From NCBI GenBank assembly GCA_963773065.1, contig CAVYZN010000005.1, positions 32,001-96,000 of the forward strand: 64,000 bases of DNA, written 5' to 3'. The notes below the pieces were generated by a model. That model worked only from the letters and a program-made list of their open reading frames with translations. It had not been told where the DNA came from and did no database searches. The position numbers and the translations under genes are program-made. Origin of the DNA: an uncultured Gammaproteobacteria bacterium (GTDB lineage: Bacteria > Pseudomonadota > Gammaproteobacteria > UBA9214). This document shows positions 36,517-48,790 of the stretch, one piece after another. Each line of letters begins with the position of its first letter. Within the stretch, counting starts at the first letter, position 1.

Positions 36517-37398
36517 ATGCCCTTTTGCAACCTCAGCGATTGGCTGAAATCCTGGCCGCTGGCCGTCCTTCCGCATCATCTGCTTTCCCGGCTGGTGCGC
36601 TCCGCCACGCGCTGGCGGGTACGCTGGTGGAAAAATCTGCTCATCAACCGGTTCATCCGGCATTTCGACGTGGACATGTCGGAGGCGGCGGAAACATCCC
36701 CCGCGCACTATCCGGATTTCAACAGCTTCTTTACGCGGGCCCTGAAACCCGGCGTCCGTCCGCAACCCGGGCAACTCCGGGCTATCGCCAGCCCGGTGGA
36801 TGGCCGTATCAGCCAGATCGGGCGCATCTCTGACGGGCGCCTGTTTCAGGCGAAGGGCCGGGACTTTTCCCTGGTTGATCTGCTGGGTGGAGACACCGGC
36901 CGGTCTGCCGGCTTCCAGGAGGGGGAGTTTGCGACGCTGTACCTTGCACCGCGCGATTACCATCGCGTTCACATGCCGTGCGATGCGCGGCTGACCGAGA
37001 CCGTCTATATTCCCGGCCGCCTCTTCAGCGTCGCGCCCCATACCACGCGGACCATTCCCGGACTATTCACCCGGAATGAACGCCTGGCCGCGCTGTTCGA
37101 AACCCCTGCGGGGCCGATGGCCATGGTGCTGGTCGGCGCCATTTTCGTGGCTTGCATGGAAACCGTCTGGGAAGGCGTCATTCGACCTGCCGGCAGAGGG
37201 ATCCGGGTCCGGAGATTTCCCGGCGAGGGCGGCCTGCAGCGGCGGTTCACCCGCGGCGATGAGATCGGCCGGTTCAACATGGGCTCGACCGTCATTCTGC
37301 TGTACGGACCGGGCCAGGCGCAATGGAACCCGGACCTATCAGCCGACCAGTCGGTACGAATTGGCCAGACTCTGGGGAGTATTTCCTCGGGTCCCTGA
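36517..37398 (+). CDS. psd: Phosphatidylserine decarboxylase proenzyme
   Basis: FNSFFTRAL, SPVDG, YLAPRDYHRVHMP, RNER, MGSTV autocleavage motif. Confidence 0.95.
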   Translation: MPFCNLSDWLKSWPLAVLPHHLLSRLVRSATRWRVRWWKNLLINRFIRHFDVDMSEAAETSPAHYPDFNSFFTRALKPGVRPQPGQLRAIASPVDGRISQIGRISDGRLFQAKGRDFSLVDLLGGDTGRSAGFQEGEFATLYLAPRDYHRVHMPCDARLTETVYIPGRLFSVAPHTTRTIPGLFTRNERLAALFETPAGPMAMVLVGAIFVACMETVWEGVIRPAGRGIRVRRFPGEGGLQRRFTRGDEIGRFNMGSTVILLYGPGQAQWNPDLSADQSVRIGQTLGSISSGP

Positions 37399-37412
37399 CC
37401 CTCCGCCTTTCC

Positions 37413-37440
37413 TGTTAACCTTTTTTCCGGTTCCGCGTTA
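37413..37440 (+). promoter_or_regulatory. Candidate ECF sigma promoter
   Basis: TGTTAAC-N16-CGTTA fits the general ECF AAC-N16-CGT pattern and lies upstream of an ECF sigma gene. Confidence 0.5.
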
Positions 37441-37471
37441 GCAATATATGCATCACCAAGGAACTGCGACC

Positions 37472-37825
37472 ATGCTTCTTCGAAGCTCAATTCTCACCGC
37501 TCTGCAGGCCTCAGGCTTGTCGTTCAAACATTCCCCTCCGGCCGCGGCAGGCGATGACTACTTCCCGTACTCCTACCAGGGAAGAGACTGGGGACACGAA
37601 TACCACCGCAAGCATTACTGCGCATGGTCAAGTTGCCGTCACTACCCTGACGGCCGTCGCCAGTACTACGGGCATCGAAATGGGCATGATTACGGCCTTT
37701 ACAAACAGCGGGGTTATTACGGTTATCCGGTACTCCCTGACAGAAACAGACATGACTATGGCAGGCATGATGATGACAATCAGGCAAAATCCCCTAACGG
37801 AATTGGTTATACTGGGCATCGGTAA
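37472..37825 (+). CDS. Putative small His/Tyr/Gly/Arg-rich protein with a signal-like N-terminus
   Basis: AAGGA RBS 9 nt before the ATG. Low-complexity H/Y/G/R/D-rich body. Follows an ECF-like promoter. Confidence 0.4.
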   Translation: MLLRSSILTALQASGLSFKHSPPAAAGDDYFPYSYQGRDWGHEYHRKHYCAWSSCRHYPDGRRQYYGHRNGHDYGLYKQRGYYGYPVLPDRNRHDYGRHDDDNQAKSPNGIGYTGHR

Positions 37826-37931
37826 TGCCTCGGCTCGCCAATCTGCAGGGCAGATCGCTCTGGCGGGGCCTGCCCGCGGCGCGCTGACGGGCAGCGTCAC
37901 TATGATGCTTGCCGTGTCAGCCATTGACGTA

Positions 37932-38549
37932 ATGGATGCCATAACGAACACGGGATTCGCCTTGCAGGCCAACAGTCAGAGCAATCAGGAATTGGATAAA
38001 TTCTTCGCCAGTCACGGGGATAATGCCTACTATGTTGCCTATGCGGCGTTGTGGCACCATGAAACCGCCATGGATGTGGTTCAGGACAGCATGCTGCGGC
38101 TGGTCGAATATTACCGGGACAAGCCCCCCGGACAATGGCCTGCGCTGTTCCGAACCATCCTGAACAGCCGGATAAACGACGTCAGGCGCAGGCGTCTCAT
38201 CGAACAGGGAAAACACAAGCTGGTTTCGTTCACCGGCCTGTTTCGCAAGGACCATGAAGACCCCAACAGCATGGAAGAGGCCGATCTTCCGGCCGACGAA
38301 CGGGACGATGACATAACGGCGCCCGAAGTCGAGATGGTCGCCGCCCAACTGCGGCAAAAGGTGTCCGAAGCCTTACAATATCTGTCGGAGCGGCAACGGC
38401 AGGTCTTCGTGCTCAGGGAATGGCGCGGCATGACGACCCAGGAAACGGCCTTGACGCTCGGCTGCTCGGAAAACAGCGTGAAACAGCATCACTTTCGCGC
38501 ACTGCGCGAACTACGCAAACTTCTGGCGGAGGTATGGGACTATGCATGA
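37932..38549 (+). CDS. ECF RNA polymerase sigma factor
   Basis: Region 2 AMDVVQDSMLRL...WPALFRTIL. Region 4 LSERQRQVFVLREW...TLGCSENSVKQHHFRA. Confidence 0.92.
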   Translation: MDAITNTGFALQANSQSNQELDKFFASHGDNAYYVAYAALWHHETAMDVVQDSMLRLVEYYRDKPPGQWPALFRTILNSRINDVRRRRLIEQGKHKLVSFTGLFRKDHEDPNSMEEADLPADERDDDITAPEVEMVAAQLRQKVSEALQYLSERQRQVFVLREWRGMTTQETALTLGCSENSVKQHHFRALRELRKLLAEVWDYA

Positions 38550-39028
38550 ACAAGCACATCCTGATACAGAATTGCTTGACCGCTTGCGTGCCGGCCTGCT
38601 GGATGACAACATCGACGCCAAGGCGCGGCTGGAAAACCACCTTGCCGCCTGTCCGCGATGCCGCGGCCAGTTGCACGCCTGGGAGCATCTGGGCCTGGAT
38701 GCGCTGGGAGCATGGCCGGTACCGGAGGGCAAACTCTCCGCCGGCCTGAAACAGGCCCGCCAGCGCGCCATGACAGCCGGCCGGCATCGCCGTATCCTCG
38801 GATACCCGGTGCTCGCGACTGCCGCCATGCTGCTCATCGCCGTGTCGGCCGGACTCTGGACGCTGCGCCATGAGTTCATGGACACGCCGCAAATGGCGGC
38901 CCGGACCACCGAGGAAGTCCCGGATCTCTATGAAGACCTCGATTTCTATCTGTGGATGGCCAACCAAGGCGACGACAAGATGCATGAAGAGAACGGCAAC
39001 GGCGATTCCAAGGCGGAACAGAACCTGA
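38542..39028 (+). CDS. Zinc-binding (ZAS) membrane anti-sigma factor. True stop probably TGA 39026-39028 after a +1 indel; the ORF as read runs to 39159
   Basis: HLAACPRC (HxxxCxxC), single transmembrane segment, DLDFYLWM motif. Overlaps the sigma stop. Confidence 0.8.
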
Positions 39029-39031
39029 GCC

Positions 39032-39400
39032 ATGAAACCGAAATTTCCCGCCATTGCCATCCTGCTGTTCGGGGTCTTGACCACCGTGTTGGTTCCGAGC
39101 GTGGGGCTGTCCAGGGATCGCGGCAATGGCGACGATCAACAGGCGCAATCGACCCGTGAGGGGGGTGTACCTTGGGGCGCCCTGTCCGGTGATGAACAGA
39201 CAACATTGAAGGATCATCACCGCAACTGGACGGGTTATTCGCCGGCGGAGCAGAAAAAACTGCGCCAGGGCGCCCGCCGCTACCTCGAACTTCCCCCCGG
39301 GGAACGCGACGCCGTCAAACGCAAGCAGCAGCAGTACCAGAACATGTCGCCCCAGGAACGCCAGCAGTTGCGCGAGAAATACCGCAAGCAACGGGACTGA
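39032..39400 (+). CDS. DUF3106-like periplasmic protein
   Basis: Signal peptide plus repeated W/YxxL(S/P)PxE(Q/R) helices. Typical third gene of this ECF/anti-sigma unit. Confidence 0.8.
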   Translation: MKPKFPAIAILLFGVLTTVLVPSVGLSRDRGNGDDQQAQSTREGGVPWGALSGDEQTTLKDHHRNWTGYSPAEQKKLRQGARRYLELPPGERDAVKRKQQQYQNMSPQERQQLREKYRKQRD

Positions 39401-39512
39401 TACGGATACGCTTCCGGGTTGTCCGGCCACCGGTGCATACCGCCAGGGTGGCTACTCTGCTATTCTTTGCGGCCTTTCATTAGCAGGCTCGCCTTCATCG
39501 GGTCAGAACACC

Positions 39513-40326
39513 ATGCAGCCCATGCTGAATATCGCGGTCCGCGCGGCCCGCAGCGCCGGCAATATCATCATCCGGAACCTGGACCGGGTGGATCAGTTGT
39601 CGGTCCAGGCCAAGGAGTGCAATGACTTCGTCAGCGAGGTCGACCGCCAGGCCGAGCAGGAAATTATCCATATCCTGCGTAAGGCGTACCCTGGCCACGG
39701 GATCCTCGCCGAAGAAAGCGGTGCACGACCAGGCGACGGGTATGAATGGGTCATCGACCCACTGGATGGCACCACCAACTACCTGCACGGCTTCCCGCAG
39801 TTTGCGGTTTCCATCGCCCTGCGGCACAAGGGCCGTCTCGAACAGGCCGTGATCTACGACCCGCTCAGGCAGGAACTGTTTACCGCCTCGCGCGGCGCCG
39901 GCTCACATCTGAATGACCGCCGCATCCGCGTCGCCTCACGGCGCACGCTCGATGGCGCATTGCTGGGGACCGGTTTCCCCATCAAGCAACAGCAGCATCT
40001 GGAAGCCTACCTCGGGATGTTCAGGGCATTGTTCCCGCAGACGGCGGGTATCCGCAGGGCCGGTTCGGCCGCACTGGACCTTGCCTATGTCGCGTGCGGA
40101 CGCCTGGATGGTTTCTGGGAAATCGGCCTGAGCGTCTGGGACACGGCGGCCGGTGTGCTGCTGATACAGGAGGCCGGCGGCCTGTCGGGTGATTTGTCCG
40201 GCGGGCACGAGCATCTCGAAAAAGGCAATATCGTCGCCGCGAATCCAAAGCTCTTTCCCGCTGATTCTCAAAGCCATACGCCCCTACGTAAGCGGCACAC
40301 TTGCCGGCGATTCACGTACGGAATAA
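39513..40326 (+). CDS. suhB: Inositol monophosphatase SuhB, with a +1 frameshift near 40258
   Basis: WVIDPLDGTTNY, RRAGSAALDL, WDTAAG. The corrected tail LILKAIRPYV...TE ends at TAA 40324-40326. Confidence 0.94.
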
Positions 40327-40421
40327 TCAACCAGAGCGGCAGGGAAAATACGCGGGAAATACGCCATGCGGCCGGGTTTACAGCCGCAGGGTCGATACCA
40401 CTCCCGCTCAGGGAATGGCGG

Positions 40422-41358
40422 TTACGGCAGGTTGTCGAGCTGCGCGCCTTCCTTCTTAGCCGGCATCATGTCTTTGCGCGATATGCCGAGCCACATGACT
40501 ATCGGGCTTGCCACCAGCACCGAGGAATAAATGCCGAACAGGATGCCGATGGTCAGGGCCAGCGCAAAGTAATGCAGCGTCTCGCCACCGAAGACCAGCA
40601 TGGATAACACGGCAAGCTGCGTGCAGCCGTGCGTAATAACGGTGCGCGACATCGTTCGGGTAATCGCGTTATCGATGATCTGCGGTATGCTGGCCGCGCG
40701 CATCTTGCGGAAATTCTCCCGGATCCGGTCGAACACCACCACCGATTCGTTCACCGAGTAGCCGAGAATGGCGAGTACCGCCGCCAGCACCGTGAGCGAG
40801 AAATCCCACTGAAAAAAAGCGAAGACAACCGAGGATGATGACCACGTCATGCAGGTTGGCAATGATCGCCGCAATACCGAACTTCCACTCGAAGCGGAAC
40901 CAGAGATACACCACGATGCCGATGGACACGAACAGCAGCGCCAGGCCGCCATTCTCGACCAGCTCGCGGCCGACCTGCGGCCCGATAAACTCGGTACGCC
41001 GCAGCTGCGCCGCGGTGTCGGCGCGGTGCAGGACCTCCATCACCGCTTCGGCCAGCTTGGCGCCGCCCGCATCCGCCTTGGCCGGCAGGCGGATCAGCAC
41101 GTCGCGCGAGCCGCCGAAGTTCTGCACCGTGACGTCGGCGTAGCCGCTCTGCTCCACCAGCGAGCGGATCTTCTGCAGATCGGCGGTCTGCGGGTAACTC
41201 ACCTCCATCACCGTGCCTCCGGTGAAGTCCACGCCGAAGTTGAGCCCCTTGGTCACCAGAAAAAATACCGCGAGCAGAAACGTGATCATGGAGATCACGT
41301 TGAACACCAGCGCATGGCGCATGAACGGGATGTCTTTTCGTATCTTGAAGAATTCCAT
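40422..41358 (-). CDS. secF: Protein translocase subunit SecF, with a +1 frameshift near 40828
   Basis: GVDFTGG, GPQVGREL and HDV in one frame. GYSVNESVVVFDRIREN in the next. Confidence 0.95.
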
Positions 41359-41390
41359 GGCGTGCTTATCTCAGCGTCGGATTTTTAAGT

Positions 41391-43289
41391 TCATGTCGCA
41401 CTGCGGCTCGAATGCCATTGGGTGTTGCCGATGGCAAGCCGCTCGAGCTTACGACGGCCTCCGTAGATCAGATTCACCATGGCGCGCGACACCATGACCC
41501 CGCTGAACATGGAGGTAACGATGCCCAGGCACAGCACGACGGCAAAACCGCGCACCGCTCCGCTGCCGAACATGAGCAGCGCGAGCCCCGCGATCAGCAT
41601 GGTGATATTCGAGTCGAGAATAGTGCCGAAGGCACGTTCATACCCGGCTTGGATGCTCGCCTGCGGCGTGTTGCCGTTGCGCAGTTCCTCGCGGATACGC
41701 TCGTTGATCAGCACGTTGACATCGATCGCCATGCCCACGGTAAGCGCGATGGCGGCCATGCCGGGCAGCGTCAGGGTCGCCTGCAGCATCGACAGCAGCG
41801 CGATCAGCAGAACCACGTTGATGCCCAGCGCGATAACCGCAGTCACACCGAAGACCAGATAGTAAATGATCATGAACACGGCGATCGCCGCGAAACCGAT
41901 CCATGTGGAATGAAAGCCGCGCTGGATGTTCTCGGCGCCGAGGCTCGGGCCGACGGTGCGTTCCTCGATAATCTGGATCGGGGCCGCCAGAGCGCCGGAA
42001 CGCAGGATCAGCGCCAGATCATGCGCCTCCTGCGGGCTGTCGAGACCGGTGGTCTGGAAGCGCTTGCTGAAGACGTCTCTGATGGTTGCCACACTGACCA
42101 CCTCTTCCACCTTCTTCGTGGACCTGACCGGCTGCCCGTCGACCAGGTTGGTTTCCGTCTTGTTTTCGATGAACACCACCGCCATGGGCTTGCCAACATT
42201 TTCCTTGGTAAACGCCAGCATCTTGCGCGCACCCTTGGCATCGAGCATGACGGTGACATTCGGGGTACCCGTTTGCGAGTCGAATCCGGAGCTGGCGTTG
42301 ACGATCTGATCGCCGGTCACGATCACCGACTTTTTCAGCAGGACCGGCTTCCCGTCTCGATGATGATAAATCTGCGAACCCGCCGGCACCTGCCCGGCCA
42401 GTGCGCGCTCCAGATCATGCTCGACGTCGACGGCGCGATATTCGAGCGTTGCCGTGGCGCCAAGTATGCGTTTGGCCCGGGCGGTATCCTGCACGCCGGG
42501 CAATTGGACCACCACACGCGAAGACCCCTGCTGCTGAATGATGGGTTCGGCCACACCCAGTTCGTTGACGCGGTTACGCAGTGTCAGGATATTCTGCTGC
42601 AGGGCAAACGTGCGGATCTCCTTGATCTCGCGTTCACTCGGCTTGACGAACAAGCCGTAGTTGCCGTTTTCCACCGCCAGTTCATCGCGCACCAGGTCCG
42701 GTAACTCCTTGCGGATCAGTGAAACGACGCTGTCCCGGTCTTCGGCGCTGCGGAACATGACGCGCACGCCAGCGTTCTCCGTGCGGATCTGGGTATAGTG
42801 TATCTTTTGCTCGCGCAGCAGCGAGCGTAAATCCCCGGCATAGCGCTCGATGGCCTGTTTGACCGCGGCGTCCATATCCACTTCCATCAGGAAATACACG
42901 CCACCGCGCAGATCCAGACCGAGATACATGGGCAGGGCGTTCAGCGACTGCAGCCATTGCGGCGTAGAGGGCGCGAGGTTCAGCGCCACCACGAACTGCG
43001 TACCCAGATCGGCCTTGATGAAATCCACCGCCTTCAACTGCACCTCGGTGGAGTTTAAGCGCACCAGAATCTGCTGATCGTCCGATTCGATACTCTTGTA
43101 GGCGATTCCGGCCGCTTTCAGCGTATTCACCACCCGCTCAGGGACTCCCGCCTCCAGCTTGCCGGCGCGTGCATTGGTTATCTGCAGCGACGGATCCTCG
43201 CCGTAGAGATTGGGCAGTGCATAAACGATACTGATGAGAAGAATGGCGATGATCAGGAGGTTCTTCCACAGAGGGTACTGATTAATCAT
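41391..43289 (-). CDS. secD: Protein translocase subunit SecD
   Basis: LGLDLRGG, RVNELGVAEP, ERTVGPSLG, ERIREE. Confidence 0.97.
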   Translation of the reverse strand: MINQYPLWKNLLIIAILLISIVYALPNLYGEDPSLQITNARAGKLEAGVPERVVNTLKAAGIAYKSIESDDQQILVRLNSTEVQLKAVDFIKADLGTQFVVALNLAPSTPQWLQSLNALPMYLGLDLRGGVYFLMEVDMDAAVKQAIERYAGDLRSLLREQKIHYTQIRTENAGVRVMFRSAEDRDSVVSLIRKELPDLVRDELAVENGNYGLFVKPSEREIKEIRTFALQQNILTLRNRVNELGVAEPIIQQQGSSRVVVQLPGVQDTARAKRILGATATLEYRAVDVEHDLERALAGQVPAGSQIYHHRDGKPVLLKKSVIVTGDQIVNASSGFDSQTGTPNVTVMLDAKGARKMLAFTKENVGKPMAVVFIENKTETNLVDGQPVRSTKKVEEVVSVATIRDVFSKRFQTTGLDSPQEAHDLALILRSGALAAPIQIIEERTVGPSLGAENIQRGFHSTWIGFAAIAVFMIIYYLVFGVTAVIALGINVVLLIALLSMLQATLTLPGMAAIALTVGMAIDVNVLINERIREELRNGNTPQASIQAGYERAFGTILDSNITMLIAGLALLMFGSGAVRGFAVVLCLGIVTSMFSGVMVSRAMVNLIYGGRRKLERLAIGNTQWHSSRSAT

Positions 43290-43314
43290 GTTGTGATTTC
43301 CTTGTTACGGGATA

Positions 43315-43644
43315 TTACGATTCCTTGATCGTACCCTTGGGCATCAGGTTGGCGATGGCCTGGCGCTGTACCTTGACCTTCATACCCTCGCCGAGTTCCA
43401 GCTCCACGAAATTATCACCGACACCGGTGATGCGCCCGAGCAAGCCGCCATTGGTAACGACTTCATCACCCTTGGCCAGCGTCTCGACCAACTTTTTATG
43501 TTCCTTGGCCTTTTTGCTCTGCGGCCGGATCAGCAGGAAATAAAACACCACGAAGATGAAGATCAGCGGTAGAAAACTGACCAGCGGATCCGCCTGTCCC
43601 TGGGGGGCAGCCTGCGCCCAGGCATCAGCAATGGAAAAACTCAT
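43315..43644 (-). CDS. yajC: Preprotein translocase subunit YajC
   Basis: FYFLLIRPQ, KGDEVVTNGG. Confidence 0.96.
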   Translation of the reverse strand: MSFSIADAWAQAAPQGQADPLVSFLPLIFIFVVFYFLLIRPQSKKAKEHKKLVETLAKGDEVVTNGGLLGRITGVGDNFVELELGEGMKVKVQRQAIANLMPKGTIKES

Positions 43645-43740
43645 GACCGTTGTTTAACTCCCGTGAATAGTCTTGATTGGGTTTCTGGAAATAGCCTGCC
43701 GGACAGTAACACAGGCCGGGCCATGGCCAGCGGCCGGTTA

Positions 43741-45907
<2,167 letters not shown>

Positions 45908-45982
45908 GGCGCGCGATGTTATCACACAGACCAAACAGACGGCTTGCCCGCAAGCGGGGATTGCTTATACTAGCGTCCTCAT

Positions 45983-46069
45983 GCCGGGATGGCGGAACTG
46001 GTAGACGCGCCAGACTCAAAATCTGGTGGGGGTAACCTCGTGCGAGTTCGATTCTCGCTCTCGGCACCA
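45983..46069 (+). tRNA. tRNA-Leu(CAA)
   Basis: 87 nt, long variable arm, anticodon loop CTCAAAA, CCA end. Confidence 0.95.
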
Positions 46070-46206
46070 CGATCGAGTCTGACGGGAATATTTCTTCATT
46101 GACAAGCGGTTCGAGAACAACAATGACAGGTTCCATTCCATCGCCGGCCTTTATTCCTGGCACACTTTGCCGCGCCTCTGGCACGATTTGCTAGCAAGGA
46201 TCATCC

Positions 46207-48765
46207 ATGTCAGGAACACGCTTCACTCTGGAAGTTCAACCCCGTATCCCGAAACCACTGAGACGTCTGGATGAACTTGCCAATAATCTCCTGTACAGCT
46301 GGGACCGGCAGGTACGCAGGCTGTTCACGCGGCTAGACCAGGATCTGTGGGGTTCCTGCGGCCATAACCCAAAAACATTCCTGCGCCGCGTCTCCCAGAA
46401 ACGCCTGGAAGAAGCCGCCGATGACCGGGTATTCATGGAGGATTTCAACCGCGTCCTTTCCGCCTACGATAGCTACCTGGGCCAGGGAACCCATCCCCTC
46501 ATCCAGGGCTATCTCGATCCCGAGCAGGACCTGATCGCCTATTTTTGCGCTGAATTCGGCTTTCATGAAAGCCTGCCCATCTATTCCGGCGGTCTGGGCA
46601 TCCTGGCAGGCGATTACTGCAAGGCCGCCAGCGATCTCGGCATTCCGTTTGTCGCGGTCGGCATACTTTACCGGCAGGGTTATTTCACCCAAACCATCGA
46701 TGCGCATGGCAATCAGCTCGCCCATTATCAGCCCACCGACTTCAGCGCACTCCCGCTTACCCAGGTCAACGATGGCAGCGGCAAGCCCCTGCGCGTGGCC
46801 GTCGATCTGAGCGGGCGCAAGGTGTATCTGAATGTCTGGCAGGCAAGGGCCGGTCATATCACCCTGTACCTGCTCGACAGCGATCTGGAGGAAAACCACG
46901 AGCATGACCGCATCATCACCCACCAGCTCTACGGTGGCGACAAGAACACGCGCATACAGCAGGAAATCGTCCTGGGTATCGGTGGCGTGCGGGCATTGCG
47001 GGCGATCGGCGTGCAACCGACGGTCTGGCACATCAACGAGGGACACTCCGCCTTCCAGATACTCGAGCGCTGCCGCGAGTGCGTACAGCAGGGACAGGAT
47101 TTTTCCACGGCGCTTGAAGTCGTCGCCGCCGGCACGGTATTCACCACGCACACGCCCGTCGCCGCCGGCCACGATATCTTCGATCACGGCCTGGTAAGCC
47201 ATTATTTCAGGGATTACATCCCGGAACTGGGTGTCGAGATGTATCGTCTGCTGGAGCTGGGCGCCACCCCCGGCAACCCGGGCAGTTTCAACCAGACCGC
47301 CTTCGCGCTGCGCGGTTCCAGGTACCATAACGGGGTAAGCCGCGTCCATGGCGGCGTCGCCTCCGAGATGGAGGGCTACATCTGGCCGCAGGTGCCGCAT
47401 GCGGAGAACCCGATCGGTTATGTCACCAATGGCGTTCATCTGCCCACGTTTCTGTCGCACGAATGGTCCAACCTTTACGACATGCGCTTTGGGCGCGCCT
47501 GGCGTGATGAACTGCTCAACGGCGAGTACTGGGATCTGGTCGATGAAATTCCCGACCACAGCTACTGGAGCCTGCGCCAGTCGCTGAAAAGCGACCTGCA
47601 CGAGAACATCCTGCGGCGCGCCCTGCGGCAATTCAGGCGCAATGGTTGCAGTGAGGCGCTGATGGAACGCCTGACGCGTTTGCTGCTCCCGGGGGAATCC
47701 GATATCCTGACGATCGGATTTGCCAGGCGCTTTGCCACCTACAAGCGGGCAACCCTGCTGTTTTCGGATCCCCCCAGGCTGAAACGGCTGCTCAACAACC
47801 CGGAACAGCCGGTACTGCTGCTGTTCGCCGGCAAGGCGCACCCGCATGACGTGCCCGGTCAGGAACTGATACGCAAGATACACGAGTTTTCACTCGACCC
47901 CGACTTCATCGGCAGAATCATCCTGCTGGAAGGCTATGACATGGCACTGGCGCGCAAACTCGTCACGGGTGTCGATGTCTGGCTGAACACGCCGGAATAT
48001 CCGCTGGAAGCCAGCGGCACGTCGGGACAGAAAGCGGCGATGAATGGCGTCATCAACCTCAGCGTGCTGGATGGCTGGTGGGCCGAGGGCTACAACGGTG
48101 AAAACGGCTGGGCCATCACACCGCACGCCCCCAATTTCGACGCCGTCTATCGCAACCACGAGGAGGCAAACGACCTGCTGGACCTGCTCGATAAACAGGT
48201 CATACCGATGTACTACGACCGTAATAGCCAGGGCTACTCGGAAAACTGGGTCAGGATGTCCAAGGCCTCGATGAAATCGTGCATTCCTAGGTTCAACGCA
48301 CAACGTATGGTTCGCGACTACATACACAAGTACTACGCGCCCGCCAGCCGTCAGAGCAGGCTCTACTGCGCCGACAATTACAAGGGCGCCAGCGAACTCG
48401 CGCAATGGAAGGCGCGTGTCAACCGTTCCTGGCCCGCCGTCTCCCTGCGGCGTATCGATGACGCGGCTAACTCCATCATGTCAGGTGACAGCCTCAACAT
48501 CCGGGTGGCTGCGGTATTGGGCGAATTAACCGCGGGAGATGTCATCATCGAATGCGTTATCGGAACCGAGAACGAACACGGCCTCTTCATGGAGCGCGAA
48601 CGCATCCCCTTCGAATCCGCCGGGAACAATGACAGGGGCGAAGCACTATTCGAACTCAACCTCATCCCGCCGCTTTCCGGATTGCAGTTCTACAAGTTGC
48701 GCATCTATCCGTACCACCGGCTGCTGTGCCACCGCTTCGAGACCGGACGTATCATCTGGCTGTAA
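46207..48765 (+). CDS. glgP: Alpha-glucan (glycogen) phosphorylase
   Basis: YSGGLGILAGD, NEGH, ARRFATYKRA, EASGTSGQK PLP site. Confidence 0.95.
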   Translation: MSGTRFTLEVQPRIPKPLRRLDELANNLLYSWDRQVRRLFTRLDQDLWGSCGHNPKTFLRRVSQKRLEEAADDRVFMEDFNRVLSAYDSYLGQGTHPLIQGYLDPEQDLIAYFCAEFGFHESLPIYSGGLGILAGDYCKAASDLGIPFVAVGILYRQGYFTQTIDAHGNQLAHYQPTDFSALPLTQVNDGSGKPLRVAVDLSGRKVYLNVWQARAGHITLYLLDSDLEENHEHDRIITHQLYGGDKNTRIQQEIVLGIGGVRALRAIGVQPTVWHINEGHSAFQILERCRECVQQGQDFSTALEVVAAGTVFTTHTPVAAGHDIFDHGLVSHYFRDYIPELGVEMYRLLELGATPGNPGSFNQTAFALRGSRYHNGVSRVHGGVASEMEGYIWPQVPHAENPIGYVTNGVHLPTFLSHEWSNLYDMRFGRAWRDELLNGEYWDLVDEIPDHSYWSLRQSLKSDLHENILRRALRQFRRNGCSEALMERLTRLLLPGESDILTIGFARRFATYKRATLLFSDPPRLKRLLNNPEQPVLLLFAGKAHPHDVPGQELIRKIHEFSLDPDFIGRIILLEGYDMALARKLVTGVDVWLNTPEYPLEASGTSGQKAAMNGVINLSVLDGWWAEGYNGENGWAITPHAPNFDAVYRNHEEANDLLDLLDKQVIPMYYDRNSQGYSENWVRMSKASMKSCIPRFNAQRMVRDYIHKYYAPASRQSRLYCADNYKGASELAQWKARVNRSWPAVSLRRIDDAANSIMSGDSLNIRVAAVLGELTAGDVIIECVIGTENEHGLFMERERIPFESAGNNDRGEALFELNLIPPLSGLQFYKLRIYPYHRLLCHRFETGRIIWL

Positions 48766-48790
48766 TGGCCGGCAGGGGCAGGCGACGGCT

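Noticed and set aside
37554-37931. 126-aa N-terminal extension of the ECF sigma factor
   Set aside because: No sigma-like content. It overlaps a better-supported ORF with an RBS in another frame.
40258-40607. Extended C-terminus of SuhB
   Set aside because: Results from a +1 frameshift and runs into secF. The corrected frame gives a normal length.
46158-46191. Sigma54 promoters upstream of glgP
   Set aside because: Spacing is GG-N8-GC, not the required GG-N10-GC.
45983-46206. Prophage or island integrated at tRNA-Leu(CAA)
   Set aside because: Followed directly by host-like glycogen genes, with no integrase or att duplication seen.
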